IMG/VR virus record: IMGVR_UViG_3300030095_006840
Span: 39,159 to 103,158 of that record
DNA: 64,000 nucleotides
Strand: one strand, 5' to 3'
DNA from: a virus
Lineage: Duplodnaviria; Caudoviricetes
In this document: piece after piece, positions 20,201-30,500 of the stretch
How the letters are laid out: each line of letters opens with the position of its first letter
How positions within the stretch are numbered: the first letter of the stretch is position 1
Program-made: the position numbers and the translations under genes
Notes under the pieces: generated by a model
Told to the model about the DNA's origin: nothing
Seen by the model: only the letters and a program-made list of their open reading frames with translations
The model's database searches: none

Positions 20201-20389
20201 ATGAAACATAAATTATCAAATCAAGCTGTAGGAGCCCTAATGATGGCTCTTCAAAAGTGTTTGCTAGAGCAATCAGATATTACAGAAATCTTAAAGGAGT
20301 TTGATTTTATTGTTGCTGACGAAGGATTGGTTGTAGAGAACCCACCATCATTTCATGTACAAGAACCAGCAGTAAATGAACTTGCTTAA
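20201..20389 (+). CDS. Small hypothetical protein
   Basis: AAGGAG RBS; tight packing with neighbours. Confidence 0.6.
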   Translation: MKHKLSNQAVGALMMALQKCLLEQSDITEILKEFDFIVADEGLVVENPPSFHVQEPAVNELA

Positions 20390-20661
20390 TGCCTAAGTAT
20401 GTTTATTACTGCCACTCTTGTGACCAATCTTACGAAATAAGACACTCTCTATCAAAAGTACATAAAATATGTGAAATTTGTAATGTTGAGGGAGAGCTGG
20501 AGAGAAAGCCTGCTGGGTTTTTTTTAAATAAAAAAGTTGTGGAATTACATACAAATTCCAAACCTGGAAAGGTTGTAAAGGCAACTATAGAAGAGGCAAA
20601 AGAAGAATTGAAACTGGAACAAGCTAGACTAAAAAGTCGGGAGTATACTAACAATGATTGA
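20389..20661 (+). CDS. FmdB-family zinc-ribbon protein
   Basis: MPKYVYYCHSC…CEIC pattern. Confidence 0.75.
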   Translation: MPKYVYYCHSCDQSYEIRHSLSKVHKICEICNVEGELERKPAGFFLNKKVVELHTNSKPGKVVKATIEEAKEELKLEQARLKSREYTNND

Positions 20662-21019
20662 TACATTTACCGTAGTGTTGATATTTTTAACCGCTGCCTC
20701 AATAGCACTTAATGTGATTTTATTTTTGTATTCTAGGCGTGTGCTTGTACGAGTATTTAATGCTGCCGAAGAACTATCGGCATTATTCACAAGAATGGAT
20801 GCCTATAAAGAACATATAGAATCAGTCTATGAAATGCCCGTGTTTTATGGTGATGATACGTTAAAAAGTTTATTAGACCATTCAAATGACATGATTGACA
20901 ACCTGAGAAAGTATGAGGATGTATATTCCTTTACACAACCAGATTTATTGGAGCAATTAGCGGCAGCCACAGAAGAAACGGAGGACTCTTATGAAGAGGA
21001 AACGCCGCAAGAAAGGTAG
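20654..21019 (+). CDS. Membrane-anchored hypothetical protein
   Basis: N-terminal hydrophobic helix (VVLIFLTAASIALNVILFLY) followed by a coiled/acidic region. Confidence 0.6.
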   Translation: MIDTFTVVLIFLTAASIALNVILFLYSRRVLVRVFNAAEELSALFTRMDAYKEHIESVYEMPVFYGDDTLKSLLDHSNDMIDNLRKYEDVYSFTQPDLLEQLAAATEETEDSYEEETPQER

Positions 21020-21674
21020 TAATCAATATTTTACCAAGGTTCACGAGAATGCAATTCTCGAATATCAAAAATGCACAACTCAAAAAGAACGCAATGAACT
21101 TTATAGGGACATAATACGCCCAGCGTTTTTGGAAATGATCAACAAGATTGTTTTTACTTATAAGTTCACCAATTTGCCAAATGTTGACTCATTGAAGGAT
21201 GAGTGCGAGATTCATCTTATTACTATTTTAAGTAACTTTGATCCTAGCAAAGGCTCTAAGGCATTTTCTTATTTTAGTGTGATTACAAAAAATTGGTTTA
21301 TTGCGAAAGTTAAAAAAACTGCTATTCAATTAAAAAGAGAAGCCGGTTATGAAGAAATCTCTAAACGAGTAGAAATGGACAAACTTGCAATCTATAATCA
21401 ATATGATTACGAAAGAGAAAGAAAAGAGTTTATGGAGCATTTATGGATGCAAATTAGTAAGTGGGAAAAACAAAATCTTAAAGATAATGAAAAAAAAGTA
21501 TTAGAAGCTATAAAGATACTATTTCGTGATGCCGACTCCATTGAAATTTTTAACAAGAAAGCTATTTACTTGTATATTAGAGAGATTACGAATCTAAACA
21601 CAAAACAGGTTTTAAACAATCTCCACCGTTTTAGGTTTGAATATGGTAATTTCAAGAAGAAGTGGAACGAATGA
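20991..21674 (+). CDS. Phage sigma-factor-like protein (region 2; gp55-like, probably late sigma)
   Basis: LSNFDPSKGSKAFSYFSVITKN resembles sigma region 2.3 (FDPxKG-F-Y). Helical C-terminal region with possible HTH (REITNLNTKQV). Confidence 0.65.
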   Translation: MKRKRRKKGSNQYFTKVHENAILEYQKCTTQKERNELYRDIIRPAFLEMINKIVFTYKFTNLPNVDSLKDECEIHLITILSNFDPSKGSKAFSYFSVITKNWFIAKVKKTAIQLKREAGYEEISKRVEMDKLAIYNQYDYERERKEFMEHLWMQISKWEKQNLKDNEKKVLEAIKILFRDADSIEIFNKKAIYLYIREITNLNTKQVLNNLHRFRFEYGNFKKKWNE

Positions 21675-21964
21675 AAAAAGATTTTGAGTCATTAACCGAA
21701 GAGGCTATTGGGAATATAAGGGATGATCGAGAACAGACTAAACAGCTTCTAAACGATCTCATAAAATATTTATCCAGCGACGAACACCGGCACAAAGAAG
21801 TTGGCATCACTGCTGCCAAATATGTTGAAACTCTTCAACGATCAAACGAACAATTAGTTAAAATCGCTTCTTTGAAACAGAAAAGCCAAAAAGAAGATAG
21901 TAATCTCTCAGAAGAAGAAAGAGATGAAATTTTCAATCAGTTTCAAAATAGCGGTGATGACTAA
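21671..21964 (+). CDS. Hypothetical helical protein
   Basis: ATGA overlap with the sigma-like gene; coiled-coil character. Confidence 0.6.
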   Translation: MKKDFESLTEEAIGNIRDDREQTKQLLNDLIKYLSSDEHRHKEVGITAAKYVETLQRSNEQLVKIASLKQKSQKEDSNLSEEERDEIFNQFQNSGDD

Positions 21965-23502
21965 TGAGTGATGTTAAAGAATTTTTAGATGTTTTAAATA
22001 GCCAATACGTAAAGTCAGAAAATCTTAAAAAACTAGGAATGGCTCCTGGAACTTATGATTATGTAGCTAGAGTGTTAAAAGTAACTGATCTCGATCAAGA
22101 GTTCCTAAGTGTAATGGAACAAAGCGATAGAGCTGCACAACAAAGTGATAAATCTAAAAAAATTAAGCCTGAGTATTTTTATAAAGCAAAATATCAAATA
22201 AGAGCTAGAATTTTAACTGAAGCTACACAAAATGGCCTGAATGAGGGCAAACCTGAGACAAAGAAAAACCCTGACATACTTCTACCAGATCCGTGTAACC
22301 TTGATGAAGAAGAAGCCGCCCAAATAATCGGAATGCACCCTAAATATTATCCACTACGAGAAGATCTCAAAAAACCTCATGTAGGTGACATCATTAGAGT
22401 TCGCCGGTCAGTTGATGGAGATGAGTCCCAAAATTTTGGTATTTATGTCGGCTTTGCGATTGAAGCACCTCCCATAGCCCTTCCTAAGCCCAAAAAGCGA
22501 AGAAGACCTCGATTTAATTATCGAAAACCCAGAAAGAAGGTTACAAAACAACAGACAACACCACCAGTGCAATATAAAGGTCAACAATTGGCAGAGGTCG
22601 CAGCCCAAGCAGCAGAAGCCATTAATAACTATAATGCTCCAAAATCGACATCTTCGGTTGTTCAACAGCAAGGCCCATCCGACCCAAACCGCACCGGATT
22701 AGCGACCCCCGGTTTCGGATTGGCCCCGATAGACCCTAGATTAAACGTAGAGTTTGTGCAACCCCCCAATAAATCCATCTACAAAGGAATCCCTGATAGT
22801 TGGACCACAGTTGGAAGTGATAATTTTATTATATTGGAGAATTTCATATTAGATAATGCTGAGGGCTTTCCAGGAATGCCCAATGGGAATACAAGGTTGT
22901 TTTTGAACAATGAAATAAGAAAAGATCTTGTCCAGGTAAAAGACGGAACTATTAAAAATGAGGTTGTAAATTTCCCACCATCTCCCATCGAGTTTTCAAA
23001 ACAGAAAAAATATTGGGAGTTGTGGTGGAATGGGTTAGGAAGTGGTCCACGAAGAAACATATCACCCCAGTACCGTGCAATCATAAAAAACGGTATACCA
23101 CCAGAGCTTGGAAACACTAGATTTGGTTTTGGATCTTTCGAGTTTGATGATATAGAAAAATATTTTCCAAACAAAGAAATGAAAGAGTATGGCATCAACC
23201 ACACAGGTGTTGAATGTATTGGAGATGCAGCATGTGAGATGTACGCACTAATGATGTTTATTAAAATAAATTTTGGCACTATGTATCAATTCTCACAGAT
23301 GATAGAGCAAACAAGAAATGGAAAACGCTCATTTGGCGATAGTCTTAAAAAATGCCAAACAGTATTAACAAGTAGACACAACACAGGAGCAACATTTCCA
23401 GAAACAATTGGAGATTATGTAATCGATTATACAGTTATGCCAACAGCAAGTCAATTCAAATTTGGAATGTGTGGACCATATCCACCCGACGAAGATATAT
23501 AA
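21964..23502 (+). CDS. Putative baseplate hub/gp5 N-terminal-like protein with linker and unknown C-terminal domain
   Basis: ARVLKV…IRARI…PHVGDIIRV OB-fold-like pattern, Pro/Lys/Gln linker, position upstream of the spike-like gene. Confidence 0.4.
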   Translation: MSDVKEFLDVLNSQYVKSENLKKLGMAPGTYDYVARVLKVTDLDQEFLSVMEQSDRAAQQSDKSKKIKPEYFYKAKYQIRARILTEATQNGLNEGKPETKKNPDILLPDPCNLDEEEAAQIIGMHPKYYPLREDLKKPHVGDIIRVRRSVDGDESQNFGIYVGFAIEAPPIALPKPKKRRRPRFNYRKPRKKVTKQQTTPPVQYKGQQLAEVAAQAAEAINNYNAPKSTSSVVQQQGPSDPNRTGLATPGFGLAPIDPRLNVEFVQPPNKSIYKGIPDSWTTVGSDNFIILENFILDNAEGFPGMPNGNTRLFLNNEIRKDLVQVKDGTIKNEVVNFPPSPIEFSKQKKYWELWWNGLGSGPRRNISPQYRAIIKNGIPPELGNTRFGFGSFEFDDIEKYFPNKEMKEYGINHTGVECIGDAACEMYALMMFIKINFGTMYQFSQMIEQTRNGKRSFGDSLKKCQTVLTSRHNTGATFPETIGDYVIDYTVMPTASQFKFGMCGPYPPDEDI

Positions 23503-23514
23503 GGAAATGTAATC

Positions 23515-24591
23515 ATGGTAAAACCACCCAACAAACCAAATCCAACAAAACCAGCAATGGAAGCAGAATTGTGTGATAAGATCAGCAATTACCTGGATTC
23601 CAATGTAGATTCACAAGCTGCAAAAAATTGGAAAGATGGCATTGGTGGTTCACAATTGCCAGAAGCATTGCCCACATTTATTGAACTGCCATGTGAAGAT
23701 GTTTGGAAAGGACAAAACAATTCTTATATTGTTTTAGGGCGCGATAGACCTGGCGCACCTACAACAGGCTACAATGCTCATACACAAGCTGGAGCCATTG
23801 ATATTGTGGTCGGTCGCATGGGTTCTGGCGTAGTAGCTTGTGCTGCTCCAAAATCAGAGTCGGGCGCAAGTAAAACGAAATCAAAAACAGCAAAAAACGC
23901 ATCTAAAGATTATCCAAGTATTGGGCAAAAAACAGTGTTTGTACATCCAATGTTCAAAGACGACGCTGCAAGAATATACATCAGTCAAAAATCCGATGTT
24001 GATGAAAATTTTAGTTTAGTTCCTGGGAATATTGGGTTTGTAGGACAAAAGACTCAAAAAATGGACTGGGGTCCAGCAGCTTGTATAGCAATGAAAGCTG
24101 ACGATGTTAGACTTATTGCTCGAAGAGGCATCAAACTTGTCACAATGGGTCCAGGTTCCGAAACAACATCTCAAAGTGAACAACCCATTAGAAGTGTTGC
24201 TGGTATTAATATTATTGCCGGAAACAAAACTGATGACAAATACTTTTCTTTACAACCCATGATTAAAGGTGACAACCTTGTTGAATGTTTAAACGAGATT
24301 GTTGCTAAAATAAATTCATTATCAGGTATTGTTGGTTCTTTTTTGACCTTCCAACATGCCTTCAATAAAGAGATTGCCGCACACACTCACGTAGGTATGG
24401 ATGGAAAAACCATATTACCAGCCAATCACGTTCTTGAAATGTTTGCTGGTCCGCGCTGCTCCTCTGCACTTTCAGTAAATGTACAGGAAGGTCTTGAAAA
24501 TTTTAAGAAAAATATTGGTGCATTAAAACTAAATACATTATCACCAACGAATGAAAAATATATCTGTAGTAGATGGAATTACGTTAATTAA
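23515..24591 (+). CDS. Putative baseplate central spike (gp5 C-terminal/gpV-like)
   Basis: Beta-rich repeats (SYIVLGRD, AIDIVVG, ARIYISQ, KADDVRLIARRGIKLVT), KGDNL, HTH metal-tip motif (AAHTH). Confidence 0.55.
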   Translation: MVKPPNKPNPTKPAMEAELCDKISNYLDSNVDSQAAKNWKDGIGGSQLPEALPTFIELPCEDVWKGQNNSYIVLGRDRPGAPTTGYNAHTQAGAIDIVVGRMGSGVVACAAPKSESGASKTKSKTAKNASKDYPSIGQKTVFVHPMFKDDAARIYISQKSDVDENFSLVPGNIGFVGQKTQKMDWGPAACIAMKADDVRLIARRGIKLVTMGPGSETTSQSEQPIRSVAGINIIAGNKTDDKYFSLQPMIKGDNLVECLNEIVAKINSLSGIVGSFLTFQHAFNKEIAAHTHVGMDGKTILPANHVLEMFAGPRCSSALSVNVQEGLENFKKNIGALKLNTLSPTNEKYICSRWNYVN

Positions 24592-24592
24592 T

Positions 24593-27500
24593 ATGGCTGA
24601 CAATAAAAAAGTAAAATCACTAGTAACAGTAAATTGGACTAGTTTAGACAACACCAGTGAGCCATTTTACCAGGCCGCTTCTGGTAGTCATCCAGATAGA
24701 TATTCGGTTACAGTTGTATCAAAACATGAAACAACAGGTGGTCCACATCTACAAAACAGAATGAACCAAGCCAAAGAGCCTGGACTTTCTCGTATTTTAA
24801 AATATTATAGTAAAGTAGGAAACGACAAGCTTCATGAAGATGTAATAACAGAAGATTATTATGTCTCTTCACGACCCAAAGCTAAAATGAAAATCCTGAT
24901 CTCTTTGCCGTGCTCGACACTGGATGGGTTAGGGACTCAGACAAAACAAAAAAATCTAGACTCTTTAGGGCCAGTAACAAGCCAAATTGATCTAAACACG
25001 TATGATTTAAGTGAAAAGGTAGAATCTGCTGTAAGTTTGATCAATAAATACAGTGCTGAAATTAATCAATTCTATGGCCGAGTTTATGGCATTGATTTTA
25101 CAGAAGAGACAACCAGTTTACAGGGCTTTATTCCTGCTCTTTCAACCTTTATGGCCGACAATAACATTAACTATTCGCGGTCAAATTCAGATCTTATTTC
25201 CCTCTACATTAATGATGATTATAAAGTGTTGATGTCTAAAGTGAATCAAGGCTCGGGATATGTTGACTTAATTAAGGGGTATGAAAATTTTGTTGAAAAT
25301 GATAGTGTAAATAATGATAGAACAATATTCTTCTTATCCAAACTGGATGAAATGCAAAAACTTGCCATTCAGAACACACCCTTATCATGGTCTAAGTTCT
25401 TAAAGGAATACGTATACAGAACCCCAGAAATTGACTTTAGCCAACCACCACCTCGCTCATATTGGACTAAAAAACCTGTTCATGACAGAATCATGAAAGA
25501 AGAGAGAGCAAAGGTTCAAACCAAAGAAGAAGTTACAAACTTTAGATTTTTCTTGAACACACCAGAAGTTAGACAAGAGATTCAGGCGCAATTAGACGTA
25601 GCAAATTCGTTCGTAGGCGATACAGTATTGGCGAATCTTAATAGCTTATCAAGTAAAACACGTGAAATCGAGGCCATGTACAATGAATTTTTTGATAAGC
25701 TTGGATTGAATGGTCTTATTAATTCTGCTATTCAGTGTTTAGATTTGCCAAGGATTGGTGTTTTTGATGTCCCAACAGACGTACTAGACACTTTAACGGA
25801 AGCAACAAAAACAATACAGTCTATTTTTGACCCCCCAAACATCTCTTTACCTAGTGATTATCCTATTGCGGACTTTATGCTTGATTTGTTTGCGAACATA
25901 ATCGAGACAATAGTAACCACTATTGTACAAGCCTTGTGGCAGTTACTAATTGAGATAATTAAATCATTGTTTGATTTTTGTAATGATTGTGCAGGTGCTG
26001 GCGGAAGCGAAGTTAATTTCGGCGGCCAAGGAATTACCGACCTTATTGGTAAATCTATTGGAGCAAACTTAGCAGCGAGCGGTCCCTCGATTGTCTTGGG
26101 ATCTTTTTATAGTGCCGTTCAAGATAATGCAATCGGAGATGCAGAATTATTGGCACAAACTGTCTTAAAAAATAGCGTCAAAAGCCGAGAGAAAATTTAT
26201 ACTTTAGAAGCCGCACAGGTATTTCAAAAATATCAATCGGGAGAGATGTCAAAACCAAATCGTTTGGCGTTAGAGAAAAAAGTCGAAGAAGCAGCATTAT
26301 CAGGAAATTACTTCATAGCAGAAGCTCAAAAAGTTGTTCCAACTCGGGTTACTGAAGAAAGAATTAAAATTCTGTTGGAAAAAGATGAGCCATGGGAAAG
26401 AACTGAAGTTTTTAAGAGCGCATCTGACGAAATCACTGAATATCTTGAAACTGTTTCAACAGTTTTGACACCTAGTGAAGTGGGCAACGCATTGCTTGGT
26501 TGTAATCTTGGTGACGAACCGAAACAAGTAATGCGTGATGTGTTGCCACAATTTCCTAATTTGCAGCTAGTTTTGTCTGGAATGTCTCCAAAAGAGACAG
26601 ACGACAATGTATCTAGATTTATGGGAGGATTTTCAAGCATCCTTCCAGAAAAATCAATCGTCGATAATTTAGCTGCAACTTTAAACACAATTCCTGAAAA
26701 GTTTGACTGTCTGTGTGATGCAGACGATAGTGCGTTAAGAGAGCAAATATTAAGCAAAAAAGACCCAGAAATGACTCCACAACAGGTGAAAGAACAGGTT
26801 GCAAAGTCAAAACAGCGCAAGAAACAGCGTATTACTGAGTTTGCAAAAATGCTCAATAATGATAATATTTTAGATGGTGTTGTGCCACCTCTAGTGTGTA
26901 GTGGAACTTACGACGAAAATGGAAACGCCATAATCACAAGAGGTGTTTTACCAGTTTCTCATCCCGTAACACAGTTGATGATTAACCAAACCATTGACAC
27001 AATTTATGATCCTCTTCATACAACATTTTCAAGAGATCTACAGGGAATGATTCCTGCTTTTTCACAGCGTCCACTTTTGCACGAAGAGGTTGATAGAACT
27101 GTTGAGATTGAAGTTGATGGAGAAGAAATTAGAATTTTAAATCCATCATTTGTTGATATGGTCAACAAGGGTATGGCATCTTGGGGTTCATTACCTAATG
27201 GATCTGCAATTCCTGGCTCTAAAAAACCCAAAGACGATGGTTTCGATCCAGCCGATCCTGACGAGGAATATACGAAAGGTACAGAAGTTAAAGAGTATAA
27301 TAGGTTTATTGGTTTTTTTGACAGCGATTATTTAAACCCTTATGGTGCGGGAATGTGGGATGAAGGCCAAAGCAGGCCAACTCCAGAACAGGAATATGAA
27401 TGGGAAAGGGTTAATAAATTATACAACACAGGTGGAAGAACAATTTCTAGTACAAACGAATCCGCCCAAGTTACTTTGGAAAACGGTGGCGTACAATCAA

Positions 27501-30500
27501 CACGCACCGTTGAGTTTGGTGAAAAATATAATTCTGCGGGAAACACAGTTCCTGCAACCATTTCTGATTACGCAAAAGCTTTTGGCGAGTCGCCCATTCC
27601 TGTAAAAGACTATAAGTTCGGAGAATTAGACTATGCACCAGGACTGAAAAACTCTTACGTGAATATGTGTAGAAACCTAAATACTTCCAATTCGACTGTT
27701 AGTACAGACATATTTAAAATTCAACCCAAACCTGATCACACAAAGACAGATTACAGCTTTAAGATGCCAAACCTTTTTAAATCATATGGGGTTGATTTCG
27801 ATAAAATAGCTGACAACGTGGGTAAACTTAGTGGAGAATTAAGTCTTGGTGGTGTCAATCGAACTATAAATGGAGATTCTTTGGGCCAAGTCGCTAATCA
27901 ACTTAAAGCGTTGGCCGCCTCTGAGCTTAATTTTGTTTACAGCCCAAACAATAATGATGGAACTTCTAATTTACAAAAAGATGAGTTTTCTTTAGACTTA
28001 AACATCTTATCAACACCTGCCAATAATTCTTCTGGTTCGGCTCAAAAACTAGATTCTGCAATAAATTTTTCTGGACCTCCAACAGCAGCCCAGATCAACA
28101 CAAAGGCAGTTAAAGTTATAGAATCTAAAGAACTTGCATCCACAAGAAAGCCAGCCGATACGTCAAAACCAGTCCAACCTCAAGAAGGTTATTTTTATGA
28201 TTTTGCAAAAGATGCAATGATTAACGCCAACACTGTTTATCGTAATGGCCAACCAATACAAAGGCAAAGAAACGAATCAGTTCCACCATCTCTTCAAGAT
28301 GGATTTTTACATTCTACTGAAGAAAATACTTATGTTAATTTCTTGTACGATGAGGAGACATATAAAAATATTTTTGTAGATCTGTTCTGTGCTTTTACTA
28401 ATCAAATTAGTGAGTCACCTTATTTCAATCTAAAACCAGATGATTTGGGGCGCGGATTAAAAAATGTTAATTTAACCCCAACAAGAATCGTGGGCAATGA
28501 CGCTCTATGCTATAGAACATTGTTGGATGTTGATTTAATAAAAGATAGAATTTTTGATGAATATGAATATGTAAAGTGTTTTAAAGATGCGTTTGGCTTA
28601 AACAATGTTGATTTTGACCCAACTGGATTGATTGGAAACAGAAACAGTGCTTTTGAAATTTCTAATCGAGCAGGTTGTATATTGTTGACAATTCGACTAT
28701 ATGTTGTTGAATATCTGCTAAGATCTATAAGCACTTTTCACTACTTTACATTAGGGAACAAAACAGACATCGATGCAACCTCTGTTTACTATTTGTATCA
28801 TCAAATCGTAGACGGTTTAATAAGTCGTTCTGTAGGCACTGAATACTACAGAGCATTCCAAACAGAAACGATAGAACTCTATAACAGAAACAATCAGACT
28901 TCAAAACTTTCTTTAGAATATGAGGTTAGAGATCATCCACAAGTTCCTGAATATAAATTATATGTTTATAAAGATTTCCGAACTGCTCTTGAGTATTTTA
29001 TCAAAAACCAAATGGCGTCGGTTTCCCGTAGACTCTCTAAACATGTCAAACTCAAAGGTGATGGTTCTCCACACTCAATTTTAATTGAAAAATGGCTTCC
29101 GACCGTAGAACCTCCTCAAGAAGAGGGTGAAATCCGGTTCGCTGACCCTGTAACACTAGAGAATAAAACTTTAGGAAATTACATGGAAGTTGCGGATATA
29201 CAAGAACTTTCTGGAGATATTTTAGCAGCACTTGGCCCAAATGGTACTTTAACTAAAAAGAAGATTGAATTTATCCGTGGAACACCAAGTCCGACTGGTG
29301 GTTTTTCTGGAATGCTTTATGAATATCCGACTGGGTATTTTTTCAGAGAGTATTTTGGTCTTAACCCAACGAACGACAAATCTTTACAAACACCAGCACT
29401 AGAGGGTAAAAATTACAAAGAAGCTCGTTCTGCAATGGATCGAGCAAATAATGCATTATGGCCAAGTAATGTGTGGTCGAACATTGGGTGGGTTAAAACC
29501 GGAAACCCAAGTTTTAGACCAATCCAGGCATGGCGTGAAGCAATAAACTTAGGCTACGATAGATCTCCTTATTATTCGAGGTCTGATGAGATGGATGAAG
29601 TCAATAATAATAACAGAATGGGCAATATGGGCAAGGCTGGATTTCCTTATGATTTTGCGGCAAATGTGTCCCCCGCAAAAACAATAACCCCAGGAAAAAC
29701 AGTAAAACAAGGTGCCTTCCCATTTGGCGTATCACAAGCCGAAAAAGAAGGGATGGTTGGAAATGATGGTGGTTTGTTAAGGTTTTTTGAAGCTGCAAAA
29801 AATTGGACTCTAGGTCCAATTCCCTCTGCAAACCGACCAAGGTACAACGATCCACAAGATCAAGGCAATGAAGTACGTGCTCTGGGAATAGAATCTGAAG
29901 AAGGAACATTGAGGACAAAAAATCCTGAATATTGTTTGTGGCGTCCTAATAATCTTCCATGGTGGTGGGACCAGGATTATCACCAACCCAGCTCGGTGAC
30001 AAGTGAGGCAAATCGAGCAGCATTCCTTCAATCAGCTAGATATTATGGACCAGGAAGTTTATTATGGGCAATGTCAAAAGAAAGGGAAGCATCCTACAGT
30101 ATCTTCGGCAACGGGAGAGATCAGGGTGGGAGGTCTAATGGTGTTGGCGCATTTGGCATGGTTAATGATTTGCAAACTCGTGGAACTGACCTAGCAGGTT
30201 CAGTCGATTGGCCGGAAGAATACAAAAGAAATATTCCAACAATTGATGGCCGAATAATTCCAGGACAAACTTACAAGACAAACTCGTTTAATGGTTATTT
30301 AATCCCATTTATGGTTGATTGGCACAATTATGTTCTAGGGAAAGCAGGAACACCAGGAATCTCTCCTGAACAGCCAGACTATACAGAATGTGGAACATGT
30401 GGTTGGACAAGAAATACAGAGTCAGCTTTGCGAAGACTTGAACTAAATGAAATCCCATACATCAGTTTAATGGATTTAGATGTTACTGCCATCACAAGGA

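Noticed and set aside
20503-20527. Possible intrinsic terminator (AAAGCC…GGGTTTTTTTT)
   Set aside because: Stem is short and mismatched, and lies inside the FmdB-like coding region.
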